Origin: a virus
Taxonomy: Duplodnaviria > Caudoviricetes
Length of the DNA: 54,566 bases
Reading direction: 5' to 3' (one strand)
IMG/VR virus record: IMGVR_UViG_3300021368_000438
Location: 1-54,566 of that record
The position numbers and the translations under genes are program-made. Positions within the stretch are counted from its first letter, which is position 1. Every line of letters starts with the position of its first letter. The notes under the pieces are model-generated. The model was not told the origin of the DNA and did not search any database. It saw only the letters and a program-made list of their open reading frames with translations. Shown one piece after another: positions 1 to 10,800 of the stretch.

Positions 1-12
1 TGTTGTTCACTG

Positions 13-636
13 TTAGGCTTCTTTAAGCCAAGTGTATATTTGTTTTGTTTTGTCTGTTCGATCATCTAGCCCGTGGTATCCACCATTGACACGCTTGGTA
101 ATTTTCTTGATGACCTCGTCGTTGACACCTTCGTCTGCAATCTTAAACAAATTGTTTTTATTGAAGAACCAAAGGGCTGTCTCGAAAGCATATTCCTCTT
201 CGACCAGGCTAGGATCAGTCAAGACGTCTGGCACACCCATGTCTGACGCAAAGGATTTGTAATTTGCCTTGCCCGTAATTTGCAAGAAACCTCTGCCCAC
301 AAAATTTTGGGCGTCTTGAACAGAAAAATTTCCGAGTGACTTGCGAAGGTAAACCTTGCCAGCAATTTTTGCTGGTTGTCTGTGATACTTCTTGGCTTCT
401 TCTTCAGTTTTAAAACGTGACGGCCACGTTCGCATAAGTGCTTCCCAACTGTAGTTGAGGTTCTCTCGACAGATTGTAAACTTTTCACTCTCGTGCGACG
501 ACTGACCGAGAAGATGCGCCCCTCGTTCGGGCGACAGCTCATAGTGTTTAGCGATTGCTCTCGCCGTGTTTGGCCCAAAAGCACCATCAGCCCCAACGCC
601 GACTTTCTCTTGGAGTTTTCGCATTGCGTTACTCAT
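13..636 (-). CDS. Endolysin, glycoside hydrolase family 19 (chitinase/lysozyme-like), with short N-terminal PG-binding-like segment
   Basis: HES motif (QSSHES), ENLNYS, GRGFLQITGKANY and TKRVNGGYHGLDDR match GH19 phage lysins; LQEKVGVGADGAFGPNT resembles a PG-binding motif. Start at 636 (MSNAM) preferred over 663. Confidence 0.9.
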   Translation of the reverse strand: MSNAMRKLQEKVGVGADGAFGPNTARAIAKHYELSPERGAHLLGQSSHESEKFTICRENLNYSWEALMRTWPSRFKTEEEAKKYHRQPAKIAGKVYLRKSLGNFSVQDAQNFVGRGFLQITGKANYKSFASDMGVPDVLTDPSLVEEEYAFETALWFFNKNNLFKIADEGVNDEVIKKITKRVNGGYHGLDDRTDKTKQIYTWLKEA

Positions 637-824
637 TAAATTTCCCTTCCAAATTGTACGCATCGATAGGCCATGAGCGTACTTTCCACATATGTATTCA
701 AAATGATTTCTATCCCGTGTCGTTTAGTAACTTCCTCGCAGGCTTCGCGTGTAGGAAACACTGGACTTCCAGCAGCAAAGCATGTGTCTGGCCCACATAA
801 AATGAAGACCGCGACCCAGATCAT
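636..824 (-). CDS. Small secreted/lipoprotein-like protein in lysis cassette (possible o-spanin)
   Basis: Hydrophobic N-terminus followed by Cys; four Cys; stop/start coupled to neighbours. Confidence 0.45.
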   Translation of the reverse strand: MIWVAVFILCGPDTCFAAGSPVFPTREACEEVTKRHGIEIILNTYVESTLMAYRCVQFGREI

Positions 825-1099
825 TACTCAGTCTCGTCTGGCGGTGGCTTATTTCCGCAAAGACGCTCGTAAACCATGTCGTTTGTGTACGCTTCAGCCC
901 ATTTATTTTCTGTAAAAGTACAAAATTCCCATAAATCATGGACGTCTGCGTTAAGATATTCGATGTTCTCTGCCTGCGCCGAAACGGTTTCTTGCAAGTG
1001 CTCGATGTCATGCACCAATCCGCTGATGTACCAGACGAGTGCCACCAACTGAACAGCCATAGCAAAGACAAGAGCGACGGGTATCTTTAGATCAGCCAT
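824..1099 (-). CDS. Membrane-anchored coiled-coil protein (possible i-spanin)
   Basis: Start MADLKIP overlaps the holin stop; N-terminal TM helix then heptad-like segment. Confidence 0.5.
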   Translation of the reverse strand: MADLKIPVALVFAMAVQLVALVWYISGLVHDIEHLQETVSAQAENIEYLNADVHDLWEFCTFTENKWAEAYTNDMVYERLCGNKPPPDETE

Positions 1100-1482
1100 C
1101 ACTTTTTGCCCATGAATTGTTTTGTGCCTTTTAAACCTATGGCTGCTAGGCAGACGACATAAACTAGATAAGTATACCACTCTGGCAACTCAGCCAGACG
1201 AGCAAAACCATTCTTAACTGTTTCTTCCATGCCAGGGATAAAGCAGAGACACACGGGCGCTAACACCAAAATTGTTACGACCTCGTCTTTCCAAGAATTA
1301 TGAGTTCCTTGAGCCATTATCTTTTCCCAATCTGCTGTCGAAGTTTCTTTTGACAACAGTATTTTGGCTTTGGCTTCAGCTTCTGTAAGTTTTAATTTGG
1401 CGTTAGCTGCTTGCGCTTGGGTTTTGGCATTGAGCCAGCCTCCAGCCAGTTCAGCTACTGGGCCAATTAGTGCTTGTAACAT
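1099..1482 (-). CDS. Holin-like membrane protein (3TM/GTA-holin-like)
   Basis: SWKDE motif followed by TM segments and LPEWY; basic C-terminus; upstream of endolysin. Confidence 0.7.
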   Translation of the reverse strand: MLQALIGPVAELAGGWLNAKTQAQAANAKLKLTEAEAKAKILLSKETSTADWEKIMAQGTHNSWKDEVVTILVLAPVCLCFIPGMEETVKNGFARLAELPEWYTYLVYVVCLAAIGLKGTKQFMGKK

Positions 1483-1829
1483 TACTCACCCTCCATTTTT
1501 ATGGTTGCTTTTTTAGATTCTGACTTTGCTGAGTAGGCGTTAAATCCCATGAAAGCTGCGACCACACCTGATGCAGCAATGACGTAAACGCTTGCTATGT
1601 CTGTGATTAGACTTGCGGCTTTATCGAAGCCGAGCACCGAGGCCAGTAGGATTATAAAAGGGTAGATCAACATGCCAGCTAGGGCGAACCCTGTAAACCG
1701 CCGCTCTGCATTGCGCTTTAAGTCACGATCAACCATCTCCAGACGACGATCTTCGAGCGCAAGTTTATTCCACTCGTTAGGTTCTATTACGCCGTTGCCA
1801 TTCTCGTCTGCTTTTTCAAACTCTGTCAT
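1482..1829 (-). CDS. EF-hand-containing two-TM membrane protein
   Basis: DENGNGVIEPNE is a canonical EF-hand loop; two hydrophobic helices; GGAG RBS upstream. Confidence 0.7.
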   Translation of the reverse strand: MTEFEKADENGNGVIEPNEWNKLALEDRRLEMVDRDLKRNAERRFTGFALAGMLIYPFIILLASVLGFDKAASLITDIASVYVIAASGVVAAFMGFNAYSAKSESKKATIKMEGE

Positions 1830-1838
1830 TCGCTACTC

Positions 1839-4800
1839 CTATTTGAAAGCATTCTTAAACTGGTTACTGAATCCATTGCTGCCGCCGCTTTTCTTTTCGC
1901 CAGCTATCTTGTCAGTAATTCCTTCTCGCGCTGCTCTAATGCCACCGACGACAGGGATGCGTGTTGCAAGTTCACGAGCGGCTGATCTTTCTTTAGCGTT
2001 GCTCTCAGGGGTTGAACCCATCACCGCATCTTTTGCACCAGCACCCATCGTGATCACTGAGTTACCAAGTCCGTATGTCGGGCCAAGGATGGTAGACCAG
2101 ATGCGCTGCTGCCCGTAAGCGCCGTTGTCTAGCTGACTGGCAGACGAGTGAAGGACATCTGCAATCAAACCGAAACCGCCCATTTGCATGAGACCTTCCA
2201 TGTACCAGCCCAAAAAGTTCTGCTCGTTGCCGTGAACTTTTTCGTCGTAACCCATAAATTTAGCAGCGTTACGCACTCGAACCTCTGCTGACTTTTCGTC
2301 TTCGCCACCACGCATCTGAACAATATCCTTGATTGCCAGAGCGCCCATGCCAGAAGCTGGGCCAAGTGACATGAAGTATAGAAGTGGTTTAAAGTTACCG
2401 TGTCTGTAGGCTTCAGTTAAGACGCTGCCTGCCATTCGCTGCATCATCAGTGGGAAAGATTTAAGCTGGAACAACAGAGCGCCTGTGGGTGTCTGCGCCC
2501 AGAGAGGCACGTCGTTTGCATTAGGTTGGAAGACACTTTGGTTAGCAAAGTTTAACACGCCAATGCGTAAGTTTTTGTCGCTGTCTAGCAGTGACCTGTC
2601 AGACAAAGACACATCGCCTTTGCGCTGACCTTTTGCGTAGTCTTGCATTCCGAACATACTAAGCTGTCGGTACGCCATCTTGTATTGGCGAGACTGATTT
2701 TCGACAGCGACAGACGGGTTGTAATGTTTCGCTGTCTTAGCCTGATACATCTTGAACGCTTCGTATCCAACAGCGCCTGCCATTTTCCTGTTCATGTCCG
2801 TCCAAGGTGTCAACATTGTAGCGTTGAAGAAGGCGTTAGACATTTTACTATCAACACCGCCATACATGTGGATCATGCGGTCGTGGACAATGTTTTCCAT
2901 CGCCACACCGATTTCTTTCATTGCTCTCGCATAATCAGGATCGGAAGCCAGATTGTACTGTGCTTTTGCCCAAGACGAGAACGATGAAGACCTAATGATT
3001 GGGAGAACCAGATCGCCAAGTGATGTTAGGGTTGTAAAGCCAAGCAAGGTAACGTTGTTTATTGATCGCAACGTTCGGCTTGTACTTAACATAACTCGTC
3101 CGTTTGCAGCGCCTCCATTGATTGGCTGCTTACGAGAGACACGCATAGCGTTTTCGATAAAGCCATGAGCATCTTTTGTAATTGGAGTAGCTTCGCCCTT
3201 AAAGTCAGACAACGCACCCATGATCGCGTCAGCTCTGCGCTGGTATGTCTTTGGTATTTCTCCGTTAACTCGTGGCGCAATCTTGTCTAGCATATCACGA
3301 GCCGCTGGTGCGCCAGCAGGCGAGTTAAACACGTCTACCAATGTGTTTACAAACTCCTCTGCCTTCATAGGTTTTGTAGAGAATGGCATGATCGTTTGTT
3401 CTTTTAGATCGACTTCTTCTACGCCGTCTCCGTCAAGCACTCTAAAGTTTTTGACATACTCTTTATTAGTAGAAAGCAGTTTAGCTATGCCTCTTCTGCC
3501 GCCTTCGGCTGCTGTCATGTAGTCACTTACGCCGTGAGAGTTTAGGCCAAACTTTTCTACGTGCAGAAGTCGTCTCGAAGTAGACTCGAAGTATTTAACA
3601 AGCATGGTTTCAAGATCGTTCTCTAAGAACTTATCCATCAAAGCCATAATCTCTGGATGTTTCTCCAGTTCGATCATTCTACTGTAGTCGATAGATGAAG
3701 CTGCTGGCGATGTTGATGAGCCACGGAAACTACCAGTCATTACGCCGTCATCATTATCTAGACCAGACAATGTTTCGGTAATCCCGTCTACAAACTCGTC
3801 TGCTTCTGATTGCGAAACGACCTTACCAGCCGCAGTTTTTTCTTTGAAGAAATATGCTCGCATTGCGTCACGAAATTCAGCTTCGTTTTCTCGTATTTTT
3901 TCTGGAATCCAAACTTGCGGAACATAGTCACGACGATACCCGACAAACATACCAGCATCACGCATACTTTGATGCTCGTCGTTAAACTGCTGACGAATTT
4001 GCGTGGCAACATTGTACTCGTCTGTTGATAAAGCTTTGCCTGCTCGGCTATCTAAGCCAAAGCGTAGTGCCTTCATAATCTTTGCATGTGACTTCGGTTG
4101 CTTTGCCTCGCCCATGCCAGTGAGTACTTGGCTTTTCTTAAACCAATTTGTTGCCGCACCGCCAGCGTCTGGCAAACGCTTCATTGCGTGGTACATCGGC
4201 ATAAACTTTTTAGCGAATGTTTGGTTTTGGTCTGGGAAATGTTTCTTGTACCAGCCACCAAGCCAGTTCATCCCCATACGCTCCATGTTTGTGGATTGTG
4301 CGCTTAGAAAACCTAATGGGCTAAGTTTAGCTACAGCTTTTTCTTCGCGTGGGTTGAGTATGCGTTGCCGCATGATTGACCCCATCGCATCAACAAGGTC
4401 AGGCTCTGCACCGTTTGCTTCTAAGTTGTCTAGAAACTGAGTAGCCATAGCTGGGTCGGCTTTATCTATGTTGCCTTTGACCATCTCTGTTGTCATGACA
4501 CCGTTAAACCCTTTAGTGGCTGCTGGGTTTTCTCTGTAGTACATACGAGCGTCATCGTTATCGAAGTGTTTTGCTTCGATATGCTTGGCTTGCTCTGGGT
4601 TAAACAATACGAATGCGTCGTAAACTTTAGCAGCTCCAAGACGAGCACCTTCTTCGCTCATGTCACCGAACATTTCCCTATCTGAAAGGGTATTCATGTG
4701 GCTTGTCTTCATGCTGTCGTAGCCCATCTCTTCGAGCATAGCGTTCAGTGTCGATTTTGCTTGAAGACGAGAGCCGCCATTTGCTTCTTCGATAATGCCA

Positions 4801-7800
4801 GCAAGGAACTTATAGGCTTGGTCTCCATTTAAGTTCTCGCTTGGCGCTGCGCCCAGACGTTTTGCTAATACTTCTTCTTCAAACAGACCGTTGTCTACCA
4901 TGCGACGGAAGACAGCCTGCATGAATGGGCCGCCAAGGTAATGATTAGTACCGAGAGAGAAGTCTGCTGTGTTCAGCATTCGAGTGTAAAGAGGCATGAC
5001 CAACGGATCGGCAATGATCCCGTTTTGCACAAGCATATCGTCAATGCTTTGCTCTATCTCAAGAAGGTCATCAAGCTCTTCTCTAATGCTTTCTTTTGTT
5101 TTAACTAGAGCATTTCTTTCAAAGTTAATTAGGTCTTTGCTTTCGTCATCAAGGTCGGCAAAGTTAATGCCGTTAAGCATACCGTCTCGTTGCGCGTCAT
5201 TTGCTTCTAGGTTGTCAGATGCAACGGCATACTCTCGTCGCCGCTTAGAAATCTCTGAACGTACTTGTCCCAGCTCGTCGGCTGACTGCATAAGTTCTTC
5301 TTTAACTTCGTCTGACAGGTTTGATCTGCTGATCATCGATGTCATTGCGCCGATGGTGGGTCGTCTGGCATAGACGGCATCCAATGTTTCAGCTTCGGGA
5401 GATATGTAAATGCCAGGGCCGAAAGCTCCACTACCGTCAGACATAACGACGTCTGGGTTAGCGTCTCGGTCAAACGCTTTGCCGTTTGGAGTTGCATGGT
5501 AGTAAGTTATCGGGCCGTTCTCGTCTTCGCTGAATTTACCGCCGCCTGTATACTTTTTAATTGCAGCCATACGGGCAGGGGTAGACTGGCGAAGAACATC
5601 GTTTGCAAATTGGTGTGCATATGTCGGAGATACCGCACGTCCTCGTCTGCCCAGTGTAGCGAGTGGCCCTTTTGGCGGTGTCTCGAACATGTCACCGTAG
5701 AACATAAGCTGACGGAACTGCTGCTTAATATCTTTACGGCCAATAAGACCGTTGACGATGTAGGCAACAAACTCTCTGGCTCTATCTATCGCTGTATGGA
5801 AAGAGTTCTTTAGGCTTAGAGAAGAGAGGTCTCCGCTGTTGAGGGCTTCGAGAATGTCCCCCCGTGCAACACGTTCGCCCATGTATTTTGCGAGACTTTC
5901 CGCGAACCATTCTTCGGCAAGGATGAGTTCCATCTGTGCCTCGCTTGTGTCGGGATATTTGTTTGCATAATCATTGTTAATCCTTGATTTAAGTTTGTCG
6001 TCTGCGCTGCGATAAAGCTGCACAACTGCGTCCATCTCTGCTTCTGGCAACATGCCTGCACGGACAACTGTGTGAGCAACTTCGTGAATGACATCGAACG
6101 GATTAGAGTTACCTTTAGTCAGACCAATAGCCAGACGGCGTGTGTCTGCTCGAAACTTCTTGAACTGCTCGCCGCGAAAATCCATTGCAGCGTTTTTAAT
6201 GCCAGTCGGATCAACGCCTGCAAGGCGAGCCATGTCTGTCGCTGACATAATGTTAGTGTCGTCTAGTACGTCTCGCGTTGCCTTACCCATTAGGTTAATC
6301 ATGCGGTAAGCCATTGTGCGCTGGGTGTAATTTACCACTGGATCACGGTGCGTCAGATATGACAGGATGTTTCGTACATTGAATGGTGCGTTTGGTGGTA
6401 TCCCTGCTGTGGTTGGTACACCACCGCTTGCCGCAACTTCCGTTTTAATACGCTCGCGCAAGTAAACGTTTTCCAAAATTTTTGGCATTTTTTGGGCAGC
6501 GTTATTATTTTTTGTAAACTTACGGCGTTGTATTCTGCGTGTGTTATTCCAAAGAAGAATGTCTACAAGATCGCTATCTCCATCTCGGATTGCATCTCTG
6601 AACATTTGCAGCAGTTCTGGTTCTCTCAGACGAGCTATGTCTTCTGGAATTGGAACTGTTTTAATTAAACCTTGCTCGTAGTTAAGGTTGTCCTTCTCGA
6701 ACATCATAAAGGCAATTTGCTCTTCTCTTGCAGAACTGTCGGCAGTAATAAATTCTCTCTCTAATTCTGCTAAAGACTTACCTCGTAATGAAGCAGTAAA
6801 CGGATCGTCACCCCTACCTGTTTTCTTAGCCAGACCTTTCTCTTTACCAGTGCGGATTGCTTCTGCTTTTTTTCGAGCGTCTGACTTTTCTACTTTGGTT
6901 TTATTGATAGCTCTTTTAGTGGGTTTTACGCGGCCAATAGTTGTCCAGCTTTGAGGCTTGGACGGCATTTCGTTGTACTCTGCTGATCTAAAAGCATGTT
7001 TAAGTACACGCTGCATTGTTTGCAAAGCATACTCAGTAGTCGTGTATTCTATGTTTACGTCTTTACTTGGTGGTTTTGTTGTTGGCGTAAAGTTCTTATG
7101 ACCGTTCGTCCATAAATCTATAAGGGCAGGGGCAACCTTTGTTGGGTCTGCAATTACAGATGTAATGCCTTCTTGTTGAGCGCGAACAAGGGCATCGTCA
7201 GCTTTACCTTCCTCGATAAACGGCTTGCCAGACATTATTTCATTCATGTCAGCCAGACGACCACTAAGGATGTCGGAGTACCGCTTGAACGGCATCAATA
7301 CTTTGCCAGTAAAATACGGCTTAACACCGTATACATCTTTGGGAGAACGTGGCCCGACATTTGCCAGACCAGCGGCCATTATGTTTCGCAACTCTATAAA
7401 TGCGTTGATGACTGCTTCGTCACTGGCGTCAGAGCCAGAGTAACGAGCAATGGCATCGTGTATTGCGTCTTCTGCAATTGTTAACTTAGCGGCATAGCCT
7501 GCGTAGGTTCTGCCTCCAAGAGTTGTTGGGTCTGCAAAGTCACCAAGTTTGCGTTGGTGCATTTCAAAGTCTGGTAGGATTTTAGAGAACTGACCTTCGA
7601 TTGCTGGGTCAATCTTCTTGTTATTAAAGTATCTGTCGAAAACACCTTTGATGTATCTTTGTATCTTCTGCCAGTATGACTTGTCTTCAAACAAGCCAGC
7701 GGATCGTTTCTCTAACGCCCAGCTTACAAAGTTGTCTGAGAAGATGCGCTTTGCCGCTCCAGATTTTTTCGGGTTGTATTCTTTTAGGCTTCGAAGAAGT

Positions 7801-10800
7801 GTCGTATCGCCAGATACAATCTCTTTCTTGAGAGCGCCCCAGAACTTAACACGATCTTCTGGTGTTAAAATGTTTTCGTATGACCATTCTGCTATGCTGC
7901 TTAGTAAATCAGCGTGAGCTGCCTTACCTTGCTCTGCCTTTGGAACAGATATTTCGTTGGTTGCTGGATTGTATTTAAATGCAGCTCCTTCACCGCCAAC
8001 CATGATGGGCGCACGAGATGGATCACCGCCTAAGTTCTCGATAAGCTTTGCGGCTGCCGCACCTTCTTCTGGCGCAACCTTGTTGAGTATTGTTTCGATT
8101 TCGGAGGCTGCACTAATTCTGTCTGTAGTGTTTTTGACGTAGCCACTAGGGATAGAATCCCTCAGTATTAAGTGCATCTGTTCAAGGTCACTGATGAGAA
8201 CAGCCATGTCGTTCTCTGTAGTGGGTAGTGGTGAGCTTTCTGTCTTGTTTATGAACGAGATTACTTGAGCAACGGTAAGGCTCTTACGCTCGCTTGTAGG
8301 CTTGCTAGAACGCCTGTCTAATGCCATTGTCTGAGGTTCTGACAGCTTGCCTATGTCTAGCTCTAGCTTGGATATGCCGTTCTCAGATGCTGGGAAGCCC
8401 AGACCTGTAGCATTGCCACTCATAAAGACACCACCTAGACCTTGGTCTTCGCTAAACTTTGTGAATGTTTCAGAGTTATCCCACGCCCTTTGAAGAGCTT
8501 CTTTTGTTTCACTTAAAGGTCGTTGAAAAGTCTGGATATAATGGACATCAAAGTTCTCTATGCCTTCAGCGCCAGCAAGCTGCTCTACTGTGTAGTTGTT
8601 TCTGGCTTGAGCAGGCGACATTACCCGAATGATGCGCTCGGTTGTAAGGTCTTTTTGTGCTTTTTGTCTGATGATCGGAACACGACTGCCAAATCGAGGG
8701 TCTATGAGGGCAGACGTTGGAACGTTTGGAACGTCGTCTCTCATTTGAGCAGAAGCGTCGAAGCCTTCGCTTAAAGTTTCGTTTACTTTTGTAGGCTTGC
8801 TTTCAACCTTAGTTACTTTGTCTTTAATTAATGGTGTTTTGTCTGTCTTAATAACAACGTCGCCACGTTTCACCATAATGGTTTCATGGCTGTCGTATAT
8901 ACGATTGGTTATACCGTCTGCATAAACTGTTGTGCCAGCTTGCACAGATTTTACGCCACTTAATGTATTAACCTGTGTTGATCTGTTAGCAATAAATGGG
9001 ACAATAGTGGGTAGAAAGTCATCTTCGGTCATTGGCAACTGCTTGCTGTCTTTTATAGTGCCAACAACTTTTGTACCTTTTGCGTTCCGTCTAGCGTTTG
9101 ATTGTGCTTGAGTGAGGGCAGCCACCTCATCCATCATTCTTTCGCTCATAAAGAAATCTTCGCCACTTTCGAGAAGTGATTTATGTTCGGTACGATCTAA
9201 GTCTGCTTTATTTAAACGAGCACCTTTGCGTAGCATTGCCATAATACGCCCGTTATTGTTGCGACCAGCGCCCTCGAACTGAGCAGCTCGTTCTATTTGT
9301 GCGCCTGTGCCAAGACGTTTTGTCTGGGACGCATACGCTTGTGGGTCAAGCCGCATTTTAGATGTGGCTTGTCTGATGTTTACGCGGCGTCCGTCAATTT
9401 TAATTGTAGGTATATCTTCTGGCCTTGCTTCTGCCATGATTTTACCCATTTTTATTTCTCTCAAAGTAGCCAGACGGATTGCATCTTCTTTTGTAAACTC
9501 GTTGGGTTCTGTTACATCGCTATCTGCGAGAAGTTTTTTTGCATAATCAATAATTTCTGGGCTTTCAGCTTTTACTCTAGAGTCTCCTGATAAAAGTCTT
9601 TTTGCATAATTACGAAGTTCTGCATTCTGAGCGTCAGTTGTATTAACTTCTAGAATTTTCTTAGCGTAATCACGAATGTTTGCTTTTTGAACATCTGTTG
9701 GATTGAACGCAGCTATAATGTCGTCTTCAATTTGGCGCATTCTTGCTTGATCAGCCAAGTCCTCGTTGATGCTATCGTTGAGCGCATCGTATCTTCGGAG
9801 GACGTCGTCTGTATCAAACTCAATGTCTGCTGTGTCTAGTTTTTCTTCTAGCAATCCGCGCACTTCTGCTTGGTCTACATCTTCACCGATTTCGGTAACG
9901 TATCGACCAATCAAATCTTCCATACGAGAAGCGTCTGGGTTTACTTTTCCTTTGTTCGCTTTGACTGCTGCTTTTATTTCTTTTGTGCCAATAGTATTCT
10001 CAGGGCTTGGGGTTACGTCATCAAGCGTAATACCAGCATCCATCATTATTTTATGAGCTTTAGCAGATGCCTTGCTGTTTGCGTTTTTAAACTGAACAAA
10101 AGGCTTGTCTGGCGTAGCGTCTTCCAGCGTTTCAGAGAACCTTGCCATAATCGAGGGGTCTTTATTTGCGATTGCCTCGATTGTTTTTGCAAGTTCATTC
10201 ATTGCATTGTTAGCTGGAGCTTCGGTTGTTTTTTCTGGCGCTTTTCCACCAACAGCTTTTGCAAGCGCAGCTCCGTCTTTCTCAATCTGCTGATTAAGGT
10301 CATAAGCTTCTTTAGCTGCTTTGATTTGCGGTTTGCCTACGTTGCCTTTTTCGTTCGGTTCGACAAGCTCAAGGATTTCTTGTCCGTAGCCTTTTTCTTC
10401 GATCTCTTTTTTTGCAGCGTTTGTGTACTTAGAAGTATCAACTGCTGGCTTTGCTTCGGGTTCGGGCGCTGGTTCGTCTACTTTAACTGCTGGCGTTTCG
10501 TCTGGCGCATCTACCTTTGTTGTCTCAGGCTGTGCCTTTGATACCGCCTTTTCAGCTTCGGCTGCTTGCTTTGCTTTTCCAAACTTAATGATTGCTTGGT
10601 TTTGGTTAAACTTTTTGCCAGTAGTTGGATCGGGAATAGTGCTTTTTATTTTACCATTAGCGTCTGTTTCCAGCTTTAGCTCACCGCTATCGATCCATCC
10701 CTGTACATTGTCTGCTGTGTAATCTGTTTTTTCCAAACCTTTATTGATGCTCGCCTTCTGAGCGTCGGAAAGTTTAACAGGTTTAGTTGGTTCAGATGCT

